From Nannocystales bacterium (GTDB lineage: Bacteria; Myxococcota_A; Polyangia; Nannocystales; Nannocystaceae), in contig JBOEGF010000024.1 of assembly GCA_050633305.1 (NCBI GenBank), positions 288,001 to 352,000 of the forward strand: a stretch of DNA of 64,000 nt. Direction: 5' to 3'. The first letter of the stretch is position 1; each line of letters starts with the position of its first letter. Below are positions 10,326-19,563 of the stretch, piece by piece. The notes beneath the pieces were generated by a model, which was given only the letters and a program-made list of their open reading frames with translations, was not told the origin of the DNA and did no database searches. Both the position numbers and the translations under genes were made by a program.

Positions 10326-11308
10326 GGTGCCGCGGTGGGGCCACGGAGGCCAGGGCGCAACGCGTGCGGAAGCGGGGCGCCGCGGACGCCTGCGAGCACG
10401 TTGTCGACCGCGAGGGCAGCCATCCGTCGTCGGGTTGCCTCCGTCGCGGAGCCGATGTGTGGCGAAATGAGCACCTGCGGCAAGCTGTACAGCGGATGTG
10501 TGGGAGGCAGCGGCTCGGGGTCCGTGACGTCGAGGGCGGCCCGGCTCAGCGTCCCGCGCTGCAGGGCGGTCACGAGTGCATCGGTGTCCACGATGCCCCC
10601 TCGCGCCGTGTTGACGAGCAGCGCGGTCGGCTTCATCTGCTCGAACTCCGCCGCGCTCAACAGACCTCGAGTCGAGGGCGTGAGGGGCACATGGACCGAG
10701 ACCACATCGGAGCAAGACAGCAGGGCATTCAGCTCCACCTGCTGGGCCCCGGGGACCACGGGCGGAACGTCGCGATGGTGGGTGAAGACAATGCGCATCC
10801 CGAATGCTTGTGCGCGGGTGGCGACGGCAGTCCCGATCTTGCCCGGCCCGATGATGCCCAGCGTCGCACCGGACAGCTCCAGGCCAAGCCATTTCGTGGG
10901 CGACCAGGGCCCCCACCGACCCTCGGCCGCGTCGTGGCAGGCTGACGACAACTGGCGTGCTCCGGCCAGAATCAGGGCGAGGGTGAGGTCGGCGGTCGCA
11001 TCGGTCAGCACCCCCGGCGTGTGGCCGAGCGCGATGTCCCGCTCGGCGCAAGCCTGAAGGTCGATGTTGTCGGTCCCCACCGCCATGTTGCTGACGACCC
11101 GGAGGTTGGGTGCGCGATCGAGGAACGCCGCGTCGACCCGCTGGGTCAGCAGGGTGAGGACACCGTCCGCGTCCTCGAGTGCAGCCTCGACCTCGGGCAC
11201 GAGCGAGAGCGCCTCCGGGGGTCCCTCGACGACATCGGCCGCGGCGTACAACGGTTCCATCCAGTCCCGCGGCAGCCCACGCGGAAGAACGATGCGGTGC
11301 CGAGTCAT
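10322..11308 (-). CDS. D-glycerate dehydrogenase / glyoxylate reductase (D-2-hydroxyacid dehydrogenase)
   Basis: Motifs MAVGTDNID, TPGVLTDATAD, GIIGPGKIG, LVNTARG, ALDVTDPEP, PHIGSAT. Confidence 0.92.
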   Translation of the reverse strand: MTRHRIVLPRGLPRDWMEPLYAAADVVEGPPEALSLVPEVEAALEDADGVLTLLTQRVDAAFLDRAPNLRVVSNMAVGTDNIDLQACAERDIALGHTPGVLTDATADLTLALILAGARQLSSACHDAAEGRWGPWSPTKWLGLELSGATLGIIGPGKIGTAVATRAQAFGMRIVFTHHRDVPPVVPGAQQVELNALLSCSDVVSVHVPLTPSTRGLLSAAEFEQMKPTALLVNTARGGIVDTDALVTALQRGTLSRAALDVTDPEPLPPTHPLYSLPQVLISPHIGSATEATRRRMAALAVDNVLAGVRGAPLPHALRPGLRGPTAAP

Positions 11309-12456
11309 GAGAACGCCAGAGCGAGGTCGCAGACGTTGGTGCCGGTCGGGCCTGGCCGTAGCAGGTCGTCCAAGGCGTCGAACACCGCGTAGCTGTCGTT
11401 GCGACGCAAGTGATCGTCGGGATCGAGCCCCCGTTCGAGCGCACGAAGGACGGTGGTCCCGTCGACCGCCGCTCCGGCTGCGTCGGTGGAACCATCTTCG
11501 CCGTCGGTTGCGAGGGAGACGAGGAGTGCGTGGGGGTTGCTCATCAGTGCGGGGGCGGCCGAAAGCGCGAACTCCTGGTTGCGACCGCCCTGGCCGTCGC
11601 CGCGAACCGTGACAACGGTCTCCGCCCCAGCGAGTGTGCATCGGACGGCATCGGTGGGTGGTGCCATCATCCGCTTCTGCGCCCAGCGGGCCCCCTCGAC
11701 TCGGGCTTCACGGCGCATGGGGAGCGTGACTTCAACCTCCGCGCCGAGTGCCCGGGCTGCGCTGGCTGCAGCCTCGACGGCACGGGCATTGTCCGCGAGC
11801 AGATGGGACTGCACGCGAGCATCATCGAAGGGCCCCGAGCCCACGATGTGCGGGTTGGCATCGAGGACATCGGAGAGCACGACAACGTGCACCGTGACGC
11901 CCTTGGGGATGGCGCGCGCCAAACCGCCGCCTTTGATCCGACTCCCACGACGTCGCGCTCGGTTCAACGCTTCAATCGGTGTGCCGTCACGCAACCGGGC
12001 CTCGGTCATCGCGGTGATGTCGGCCAGCGAAATCCCTGCGACCGGGGCTTCGAGGAGTGCGGAGGAGCCCCCGCTGACCAACGCGATCACGGTGTCGCCG
12101 GGCTCGGCCATGGCCGCCGCCTCCAGCATTGCGGCGCCAGCTTCGAGACTCTGCTCGCCCGGGACGGGATGGTCGCCCAGGCACACGCGGATCCGGCCGA
12201 GTTCGGCCGTGTGCTTGACTACCGCCGTTCCCGAGAGCACTTGATCGTCGACGACGTCGAGGAGGCCTTGGGTCATGGCCGCCGCGGCCTTGCCCATCGA
12301 CAGCACGCGAATTCGCGGTGTGTCGTCGAGGTGCTGCCGAGCCCATGCGCGGGTCAATGCCCGGGGCTGGACTGCATCCAGGGCCGCCTGCATGACCTCG
12401 GTGGCCAACGAGCCCAACGGGTGTCGTGAGAGTGTGCCGCAGCGCCAGTGGGTCAT
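11305..12456 (-). CDS. Glycerate 2-kinase (DUF4147 + MOFRL)
   Basis: Motifs GKAAAAM, DHPVP, VSGGSSAL, IKGGGLA, GGRNQE, ATDGEDG, GPTGTNVCD. ATGA overlaps at both ends. Confidence 0.92.
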   Translation of the reverse strand: MTHWRCGTLSRHPLGSLATEVMQAALDAVQPRALTRAWARQHLDDTPRIRVLSMGKAAAAMTQGLLDVVDDQVLSGTAVVKHTAELGRIRVCLGDHPVPGEQSLEAGAAMLEAAAMAEPGDTVIALVSGGSSALLEAPVAGISLADITAMTEARLRDGTPIEALNRARRRGSRIKGGGLARAIPKGVTVHVVVLSDVLDANPHIVGSGPFDDARVQSHLLADNARAVEAAASAARALGAEVEVTLPMRREARVEGARWAQKRMMAPPTDAVRCTLAGAETVVTVRGDGQGGRNQEFALSAAPALMSNPHALLVSLATDGEDGSTDAAGAAVDGTTVLRALERGLDPDDHLRRNDSYAVFDALDDLLRPGPTGTNVCDLALAFS

Positions 12457-12821
12457 GCTTGTCCCGGGGCGAGGGAGCGGCCCAGCCACAGCCCGGCGCC
12501 CACAGCCGCGAGTCCGAGCGCGACGTGCAGGAGAACGTGGGCCGCAAACACTCCGTAGCGGCCTTCTTGGGCGTGCGAGTACGTCAGCAGGCCGAATGCG
12601 CTGTAGGTCGTGAATCCGCCGAGTAGCCCGCCCAGAAGGATCGGGCGAAGGGAGCCCTCGGGGAGGACCGCCGCGCCAAGACCGATCGCGAGGCACCCGA
12701 TCGCGTTGACGACCAGGGTCCCCGCTGAGGGGAGCACGTTTTGCAGGCGTTCATCCAGCAAAGGTACCAGGGCGACGCGCAGCGCAGCTCCCGTGCCCCC
12801 GGCCAGGAAGACCCAGACCAT
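12453..12821 (-). CDS. crcB: Fluoride efflux channel CrcB/Fluc
   Basis: Four TM segments with GGTGAALR, GTLVVNAIGC and GLLGGFTTYSAF. Confidence 0.92.
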   Translation of the reverse strand: MVWVFLAGGTGAALRVALVPLLDERLQNVLPSAGTLVVNAIGCLAIGLGAAVLPEGSLRPILLGGLLGGFTTYSAFGLLTYSHAQEGRYGVFAAHVLLHVALGLAAVGAGLWLGRSLAPGQA

Positions 12822-12840
12822 GTCTCGAATGGACAGGCGA

Positions 12841-14619
12841 TCAGCTCCCGTAGAAGCCGTCGATGATGTCGGCGTACTTCTTGTTCACAACCTTGCGCTT
12901 GACCTTCATCGTGGGCGTCAGTTCGCCGCCTTCGATCGAAAGGTCCTGGGGAAGAATCGCGATCTTCTTGATGGTCTGGACGCGCGCGAGGTTGGCGTTG
13001 ACGCTCTCGACCTGCTTCATCATCCAGGCCTCGAGCGTCTCATCCTTCGCAGCCTCGGCCATGGTCTTGGCCGAGCTTCCCGCTTCCGCGAGAATCGAGT
13101 CGAGGCTGGTCTCGTCGAGGGTGAGGAGCGCACTGAGGTGTTTCTGCCGGTCTCCAACGACGACCGCCTGGGACACCGCGGGAATGCTCTTGAGGTGGCC
13201 CTCGATCATCTGCGGGGCGATGTTCTCGCCGCCGGCGGTGATCAGGATGTCCTTCTTGCGGTCGGTGATCTGCAGGAATCCGCGGTCGTCGAGCTCGCCG
13301 ATGTCTCCTGAGTGCAGCCAGCCGTCCTCGTCGAGTGCTTCGGCGGTGGCCTCGGGGTTCTTGAAGTAGCCCTTGAAGACGTGACGCCCCCGCATCAGGA
13401 CCTCACCGTCGTCGGCGATCTTGAGCTCGGTGCCGGGCAGCTTGGGGCCGACCTTGCCGGTGACGTAGTTTCCCGGCACCGAGACGGTCGCCGGACCCGT
13501 GCACTCCGACATGCCATACACCTCCATGATCGGTACGCCGAGGCTGAGGAAGAACTCCAACGTGGCCTTGCTGATCGGGGCGGCCGAGGTGATCTGAATC
13601 CGGGAGCGGTCGAGGCCAAGCTGCTCACGGACTTTCGTGAAGACGAGCTTGTTGGCCAAGCCAAAGAGCATGGGCCGGGGTTGCCCCTTCTGGTCGGCGT
13701 AGCCTCCGGAGAGTCCCTGGGTCCGAGCCCATGCGCCGATTTTCTTCTTGAGGCCGGTGTTGGCTGCGCCCGCTGCGGTGATCTTGGCCTGAATCTTCTC
13801 CCAAACCCGCGGGACAGCGAGGAAGAGGGTGGGTCGAAGCTCCTTGAGGTTGTCGCCGAGCTTGTCGATGCTCTCGGCAAACGCGGTGCACCCCTCGGTC
13901 ACCATCGGGCCGTGCAGACTCATGATCTGCTCAGCGATGTGTGAGAGCGGAAGGTAGCTGACGACCAAATCGCCCTCGGCGTAGCCCAGGGTGTCCAGTG
14001 CGGCCTTGGCCGTCCAGGTCATGTTGTCATGGGAGATCATCACGGCCTTGGGATTGCCCGTGGTTCCCGAGGTGTAGATGAACGTGCAGACGTCGTCGGG
14101 CGCTTGAGCGTCGATGCGAGCCTGAAGCTGCGCATCGTCCACATCCTTGCCTTTGTCCAAGAACTCGGGCCAGCCGTAGACGTCCTCGCGGCTGGAGTCG
14201 CCTCGCATCAGGATGAACGCTTTGACCTCGGGGAGCTGGTCGCGGACCTCGAGAAACTTCTCAAGCTGCTTGGCATCCTCGCAGATGACGAGCTGGGCCT
14301 CGCAGTGGCTGGTCACGTACTCGCATTGCTCCGGCGAACTCGTCGTGTAGATCCCGGCCGGGCGGGCTCCCGCGTAGATCGCTGCAACGTTGCCGACCAC
14401 CCACTGCGCGCAGTTGAACCCAATGATCGAGACTCCTTTGCCGGCCTCGAGTCCCAGGCCGATCATCGCCTTGGCTGCGAGTCGCACCTCGTCGCGATAC
14501 TCGCTCCAGGTCTTGGACTTCCACGCGCTGCCTTGCTTCCATCGGAGGGCGGGTTGGCCCTGCTGCCGCTCGGCAACACCCTCGAAAACTTCCATGACAG
14601 TTCGCTTAACCTCAGCCAT
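12841..14619 (-). CDS. Long-chain fatty acid-CoA ligase (AMP-binding)
   Basis: Motifs YTSGTTGNPKAV, YLPLSHIAE, EVYGMSE, GWLHSGDIG, TDRKKD, ELTPTMKVKR. Confidence 0.93.
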   Translation of the reverse strand: MAEVKRTVMEVFEGVAERQQGQPALRWKQGSAWKSKTWSEYRDEVRLAAKAMIGLGLEAGKGVSIIGFNCAQWVVGNVAAIYAGARPAGIYTTSSPEQCEYVTSHCEAQLVICEDAKQLEKFLEVRDQLPEVKAFILMRGDSSREDVYGWPEFLDKGKDVDDAQLQARIDAQAPDDVCTFIYTSGTTGNPKAVMISHDNMTWTAKAALDTLGYAEGDLVVSYLPLSHIAEQIMSLHGPMVTEGCTAFAESIDKLGDNLKELRPTLFLAVPRVWEKIQAKITAAGAANTGLKKKIGAWARTQGLSGGYADQKGQPRPMLFGLANKLVFTKVREQLGLDRSRIQITSAAPISKATLEFFLSLGVPIMEVYGMSECTGPATVSVPGNYVTGKVGPKLPGTELKIADDGEVLMRGRHVFKGYFKNPEATAEALDEDGWLHSGDIGELDDRGFLQITDRKKDILITAGGENIAPQMIEGHLKSIPAVSQAVVVGDRQKHLSALLTLDETSLDSILAEAGSSAKTMAEAAKDETLEAWMMKQVESVNANLARVQTIKKIAILPQDLSIEGGELTPTMKVKRKVVNKKYADIIDGFYGS

Positions 14620-14682
14620 CGCCGCCGGAGCGTAGCAGGGAGACCGGAGCCCGTGGGAGCCGCACGGGCTATCCTCTCCGTC

Positions 14683-15405
14683 ATGGGCCGAGGAGCACAT
14701 CAGGCCGACACAACGCTGTTCTCGAACGCAATCGTGCCGACATTGCGTGAGGCTGTCGCGGACCTCGGTTGGTTGCTCGGCCGCGGCTACGTGGATCCCT
14801 CAGCCACAAAGCTGGTCGGGGACCGCTATCGCCTCCGTCAGCGGCAGCGGACGGCTGTGTCCCGCAGCGCGGCGGGTTCCGACAGCCTCCGCCTCCGGGC
14901 GGCCCGGGAGCGGGCGCCGGATGCTCTCGCACACAGCCGGCTCGCCATCGATGCGTTCAATGTCATCATCGGCGTGGAAACGGCGTTGGCTGGAGGCGTC
15001 CTGCTCCGCGGCGCAGACGGGGCCCTGCGAGATCTGTCGAGCGTGCACGGCAGTTACCGCCGCGTCGATGTCACCGAGACCGCCCTGGATGCGCTGTGCG
15101 CCACGGTGCGTCAATGGGGACCGGAAGGGGTGGTGTGGTTTGTGGATCGTCCGGTCTCCAACAGCGGACGCCTCGCCGGCTGGATTCGGGAGCGGGCGCC
15201 GGCCGGTGTGCAGTGGACGGTCGAGTTGCCCCATGATGCCGACGTGGCCGTCATCGAGTCAGGTGCCGTGGCGTGTAGCGCTGACGCTCGCATCCTGGAG
15301 CAGGCCCCCGGTTGGGCAAACCTGGTGTCCGCGACCGTGGCCGGGCATGTGCCACAGGCCTGGATCGTCGAGCTTCGCTCGGACGTGGCCGGCCTGGTAG
15401 GCTGA
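14683..15405 (+). CDS. DUF434 domain-containing protein
   Basis: LxWLLxRGY...LVGDRYRL.xRQR, IDAFNVII, DGALRDL, DRPVSNSG match my recollection of DUF434/DUF5616 proteins. Confidence 0.75.
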   Translation: MGRGAHQADTTLFSNAIVPTLREAVADLGWLLGRGYVDPSATKLVGDRYRLRQRQRTAVSRSAAGSDSLRLRAARERAPDALAHSRLAIDAFNVIIGVETALAGGVLLRGADGALRDLSSVHGSYRRVDVTETALDALCATVRQWGPEGVVWFVDRPVSNSGRLAGWIRERAPAGVQWTVELPHDADVAVIESGAVACSADARILEQAPGWANLVSATVAGHVPQAWIVELRSDVAGLVG

Positions 15406-15415
15406 CCCCCGACCC

Positions 15416-16204
15416 ATGCACGACGCTCTTCGGAGGCTTGGGCGCGTCTTTCTCACCGAGATTCGACGCGTCGTCTCATACGCGACGCTCACGGTCCTCA
15501 CCGTGGGGGCGGCGTTGCGGCCGTCTCGCCATTCCCGGGGGGTGGTCTGGACGCAGGCGGCGAGGCAGATCGTGTTCACCGGCGTCGAGGCGGTTCCTCT
15601 GGTCGCCTTCTTGGGGGCGGTCGGGGCGGCGGTGTTCGCCACGATGGCCTTCACCTTCTTCTCCGGTGCCGAGGAGAACAAGATGGTCGTCGATATCCTC
15701 GCTCGGCTGTTGGTCCGGGAGGTCGCCCCGCTGTCCACTGCGGTGGTCGTCGCGCTGCGGTCGGGCGCCGCGATCACGGTCGAGTTGGGGTCGATGAGCG
15801 CACGCGGTGAAGTGGAAGGCATCGAGACGGCCGGCATCGACCCCATCCGCTGGCTCCTGCTGCCGCGCTTCATCGGCATGGCGGTCGCAACCCTCGCTCT
15901 GACCATGGTGTTCGTCGCCTCCGTGTTCGGTGGTGCCTTCGTCGCGGCAGTGCACGCGGGGGCCCTGCCTCCACAACCGGGCGCGGCGCTTCCCTACCTC
16001 TTCGCGCTGCAACCCATCGACGTCGTGCTTGCGCTCGGCAAAGCCGGGTTGTTTGGCGTCGTTTCAGCGTCGGTCGCCTGCTATCACGGGCTGTCGGTTC
16101 GCGGGGACGTCACCGAGATCCCACGCCGAGTCGCGCGGGCGTTGGTCGAGATCCTCATCCATTGCTCCGCCCTCGCAGCCGTCTTTGCCTTGCTTGCGCT
16201 TTGA
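15416..16204 (+). CDS. mlaE: MlaE-family ABC transporter permease
   Basis: Motifs QIVFTGVEA, VREVAPL, RSGAAITVELGSM, GIDPIRWLLLPR, CYHGL. Confidence 0.9.
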   Translation: MHDALRRLGRVFLTEIRRVVSYATLTVLTVGAALRPSRHSRGVVWTQAARQIVFTGVEAVPLVAFLGAVGAAVFATMAFTFFSGAEENKMVVDILARLLVREVAPLSTAVVVALRSGAAITVELGSMSARGEVEGIETAGIDPIRWLLLPRFIGMAVATLALTMVFVASVFGGAFVAAVHAGALPPQPGAALPYLFALQPIDVVLALGKAGLFGVVSASVACYHGLSVRGDVTEIPRRVARALVEILIHCSALAAVFALLAL

Positions 16205-16209
16205 CGTCG

Positions 16210-16866
16210 ATGACCCCTTCGATCGAGATTCGGGACCTGTGGGCCCAAGGCGTTGGGGCCGAGCTACAAGGGGTGTCGCTCAGCGTTGGTGCGGGCGAAC
16301 GCATCGCGGTTGTCGGACCCCATCAACCGAGCCTCAGCCTGCTGATACGGGCTTGCGCGGGCTTTGAGCGGGTCCTGCGGGGGCAGGTGGTGGTATGCGG
16401 GGTCGAGGTGGGCACGGCCGACCGTCGCTCGCTGTTGCAGTTGCGGCGGCTCCTGGGCTACGTCTCGATCTCCGGCGGGCTGCTGGCCAACATGACGATG
16501 CGGGACAACCTCGAACTGGCGCTGCGCTACCACGGGACCACGCAGTCCGATGCGGGCCGCGCTGTGCAGAGCGTCATTGCAGAGGCTGGCCTCGAGGCAT
16601 CCGCGGACATTCGCGCATGTTTGTTGCCGGCCGAGCTTTGCAAGTGTTTTGCGTACCTCCGAGCGTTGCTGCTCGAACCAGTGGCGCTGCTGGCCGAAGA
16701 CCCCAGCGCGTTCTTGCATCCCGAGGGCCGACAGATCGTCGCCCGCCTTCATGCGCAGGCCCAGGCGCGGGGCGTCACCGTCCTGGTCGCAGACGATGAC
16801 ATCGAGTTCGTGGAGCCGCTGGTCGACCGGGTTGTCGAGCTTGCGGCACTGGAGGCCGCGTCGTGA
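16210..16866 (+). CDS. MlaF-like ABC nucleotide-binding protein with degenerate catalytic motifs
   Basis: ABC fold pattern (GVSLSV.AGE, LLANMTMRDNL, RALLLEP) between mlaE and mlaD. Walker A, signature, Walker B and H-loop are all altered. Confidence 0.75.
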   Translation: MTPSIEIRDLWAQGVGAELQGVSLSVGAGERIAVVGPHQPSLSLLIRACAGFERVLRGQVVVCGVEVGTADRRSLLQLRRLLGYVSISGGLLANMTMRDNLELALRYHGTTQSDAGRAVQSVIAEAGLEASADIRACLLPAELCKCFAYLRALLLEPVALLAEDPSAFLHPEGRQIVARLHAQAQARGVTVLVADDDIEFVEPLVDRVVELAALEAAS

Positions 16867-17906
16867 GTGTGCCGTTTCGAATCCGCCGCGCCGAGTGGGT
16901 GGCGGGGGCCATGGTGGTCCTGGTGGTCACCGCAAGCATCGTCAGCTTGCTGTTCGTCTCCGGCGGCCAGGGGACCTTCGACACGCCCGCCCACTACAAG
17001 CTGGTGCTGGAAGACGGCCATGGCGTGACCGAGGGGAGCCGGGTGCAGATGCTCGGCATCGACGTGGGGCGCGTCTCGGGCGTGCGAATCACCGCGGACA
17101 ACGAGGTCGAGGTGGACCTGGAGATCCGGGCCCGGTTCGCGTCCAAGGTCCGGGCCGATACTCAGGCGAGTTTGCAGGCCTCCTTTGGTCTTCAAGGGGT
17201 GCTCTCGGGAATCGGCGTTTCGCTCACCCCGGGGTCGAGTGATGCGGCGGCGCTGGAGTTTGGGGACTCGATCTCGGCGATCGAGCCGGAGCACATCGCC
17301 GACATGCTACCCGGGGTCTCCTCCGATCCGCTGGTGCAGGACCTCGAGGTCCTGATCCGGAACCTGCGGGTGCTCACCGATGAGGCCAGCGACCCGAAAG
17401 GGAGTCTGCGCCAGGCCTTGCTGAGCTTGGCGGCCATCTCCAAGCGCATCGAAGCGGGGGAGGGCACCGCCGGAAAAATGCTCGCCGACGATGCGGCGCT
17501 GTACGGCGACATGACGAAGGCGTTGGACGAGGTAAGCACAACGCTGGCCAAGGTCGACGGCCTCGTACGCAAGAGTTCGACCGTCGTCGACAAGTCGTCG
17601 CGGGCGGTCGACGACGCCGATGACCTCGTCGAGGGCGCGGATGCTCTGGTCGCAAGCGCGGACGCGATGGTTCAGACCGCGGACGGGGTTCTCGACAAGA
17701 CCGGACCGGTTCTCGAACACACCGACGATGCGGTGGGAGAGCTGGGGACCGCGCTGGCCTCGTTTGGGGACGCAACCGACGAGTTGCAAGCGGTCACGAA
17801 GAAGTTGGACACCCTGATCGAGAAGATGATCGTCGTGACCGAGGCCGCGGGGCGGGTCTATCCGATTCGGCGGCAGATCCGGAAATCCCGGCGCGAGGGT
17901 AAGTAG
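16863..17906 (+). CDS. mlaD: MlaD/MCE family protein
   Basis: N-terminal TM, MCE motif GVTEGSRVQMLGIDVGRV, long helical C-terminus with GEGTAGKML. Confidence 0.9.
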   Translation: MSVPFRIRRAEWVAGAMVVLVVTASIVSLLFVSGGQGTFDTPAHYKLVLEDGHGVTEGSRVQMLGIDVGRVSGVRITADNEVEVDLEIRARFASKVRADTQASLQASFGLQGVLSGIGVSLTPGSSDAAALEFGDSISAIEPEHIADMLPGVSSDPLVQDLEVLIRNLRVLTDEASDPKGSLRQALLSLAAISKRIEAGEGTAGKMLADDAALYGDMTKALDEVSTTLAKVDGLVRKSSTVVDKSSRAVDDADDLVEGADALVASADAMVQTADGVLDKTGPVLEHTDDAVGELGTALASFGDATDELQAVTKKLDTLIEKMIVVTEAAGRVYPIRRQIRKSRREGK

Positions 17907-18014
17907 CCCCGCTCGGTGGCCCATCCATCGGCCCGGCCGTGGGCCGCCACGTGTTGGGGCGGTTCGTCATCACTTGCGCCCCGTGTTGGTCCGGCATTTG
18001 CTTTGCCCGGTCCC

Positions 18015-19550
18015 ATGCTTGCGCGGACCTACTGTGCTGGACTCGAGGGCGTCGACGGCTACCTCATCACTGTCGAGGCCGACGTTCGACGGGGCCTTCC
18101 GGGTCTTACCGTCGTCGGGCGGGCCAGCGGTGCGGTCGGGGAGGCGCGAGAGCGGGTTCGCAATGCGTTGGCCCACTGCGGGCACGACATCCGCCCGCGC
18201 AAGCAGGTCGTCAACCTGGCCCCCGCCGATCGGCGGAAAGACTCCCCGGGCATCGATCTGTCGATGGCGGTCGCGTTGCTCGCTTGTCATGAGGTCGTTC
18301 CGACCGCGGCGCTGGGAAAACTGATGCTTTGGGGGGAGCTTGGGCTCGATGGGGTCGTGCGTCCGGCGGTAGGCGCACTCATCGTGGCTGACTTTGCACG
18401 CCGAGCTGGCTTCGAGGCCATTGCGGTCCCTCGCGCCTCGGCGGACGAGGCCGCGTTGTGTCCCGGGGTAAAGGTGCTGCCGGTCGATGACCTTCCCGGC
18501 CTCGTTGCGCACCTGCGCGGCGAGTCTCCGATCGCCCCGCACGTGCGCGCCGAGCCGCAGGAGGTGCACGGGTGGGGTCCGGACATGGCCGACGTCCAGA
18601 GTCAGGCTGCTGGGCGACTCGCGGTCGAGGTGATGGCCGCCGGTGGCCACAACCTCCTGCTGCATGGTCCACCCGGGGTTGGCAAGACGATGCTCGCCCG
18701 TCGCGCTGTGGGTCTGTTGCCGGAGCTCATCGGGGACGATGCGCTGGAGGTCACGAAGCTGCACTCGTTGCGAGGCAGTCGAGCGCCCACGTCACTCCGC
18801 CGCACGCCGCCGGTTCGGATGCCACATCACACCGTCTCGTCCGCAGGGCTGCTGGGCGGTGGGCAGCCGGCGCGACCGGGGGAGGTGTCGCTCGCTCACT
18901 GCGGCTTGCTGTTCCTCGACGAGCTGCCGGAGTTCGCTCGGGCGTGCACCGAAGGCATGCGCGAACCACTCGAAGATGGGGAGGTCTCGTTGGTCCGGGC
19001 CAACTACGCCCTGCGGTTTCCCGCTCGGTTCCAGCTCATGGCTGCGATGAACCCGTGCCCATGCGGGTACCTCGGGCACCCGCAGCGCCAGTGCACCTGC
19101 TCCAGCGCGGCGGTGCAACGCTATCAAGCTCGACTCTCCGGACCTCTGCTCGACCGGATCGACCTGGTTGTACCGATGGCACCACCGCAGGAACTCGACG
19201 GTGCGCCGCAAGAGGGGACGGCGCAGATCCGCAGACGGATCTCTGTCGCCCGGGCACGGCAGCGCGAGCGGTTGCAGGGCACGTCGCACCGCAACAACGC
19301 AGAGATCCCCACAGATGGCGGCGCGATCGACAGTCTATGCCCACTGGATGACGAGGGGCGGTCGCTTCTGTCCACGCTGGCCGCGGCGCGGATGCTCAGC
19401 CCCCGGGCTCGCGATCGCATGCGCCGGGTCGCGACCACCGTCGTGGACCTTCAGCGTCCTGGCGACGCCATCGACGCCCCGATCGGCCGAAGGGAGATCG
19501 CGATCGCGGCCTCGCTGCGTCGACTTCCGAACATGCAACAAGGGGCCTGA
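18015..19550 (+). CDS. comM: YifB/ComM Mg-chelatase-like AAA+ ATPase
   Basis: Motifs EARERVRNAL, NLAPAD, GPPGVGKTMLA, PHHT, PGEVSLAH, FLDELPEF, AMNPCPCG, SGPLLDRID. Confidence 0.92.
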   Translation: MLARTYCAGLEGVDGYLITVEADVRRGLPGLTVVGRASGAVGEARERVRNALAHCGHDIRPRKQVVNLAPADRRKDSPGIDLSMAVALLACHEVVPTAALGKLMLWGELGLDGVVRPAVGALIVADFARRAGFEAIAVPRASADEAALCPGVKVLPVDDLPGLVAHLRGESPIAPHVRAEPQEVHGWGPDMADVQSQAAGRLAVEVMAAGGHNLLLHGPPGVGKTMLARRAVGLLPELIGDDALEVTKLHSLRGSRAPTSLRRTPPVRMPHHTVSSAGLLGGGQPARPGEVSLAHCGLLFLDELPEFARACTEGMREPLEDGEVSLVRANYALRFPARFQLMAAMNPCPCGYLGHPQRQCTCSSAAVQRYQARLSGPLLDRIDLVVPMAPPQELDGAPQEGTAQIRRRISVARARQRERLQGTSHRNNAEIPTDGGAIDSLCPLDDEGRSLLSTLAAARMLSPRARDRMRRVATTVVDLQRPGDAIDAPIGRREIAIAASLRRLPNMQQGA

Positions 19551-19563
19551 TACTGTGCCCACG

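Noticed and set aside
7758..11057. 1099-aa plus-strand ORF
   Set aside because: Antisense shadow of uvrD, the OMP-like gene and the dehydrogenase. Such shadows are typical of high-GC codon bias, and it has no motifs.
9651..11495. 614-aa minus-strand ORF
   Set aside because: Only the last 224 aa (from ATG 10325) look coding. The rest is an alternative frame over the dehydrogenase.
12822..12840. Fluoride riboswitch upstream of crcB
   Set aside because: Only 19 nt of intergenic space and no GGCGATGG...-like consensus.
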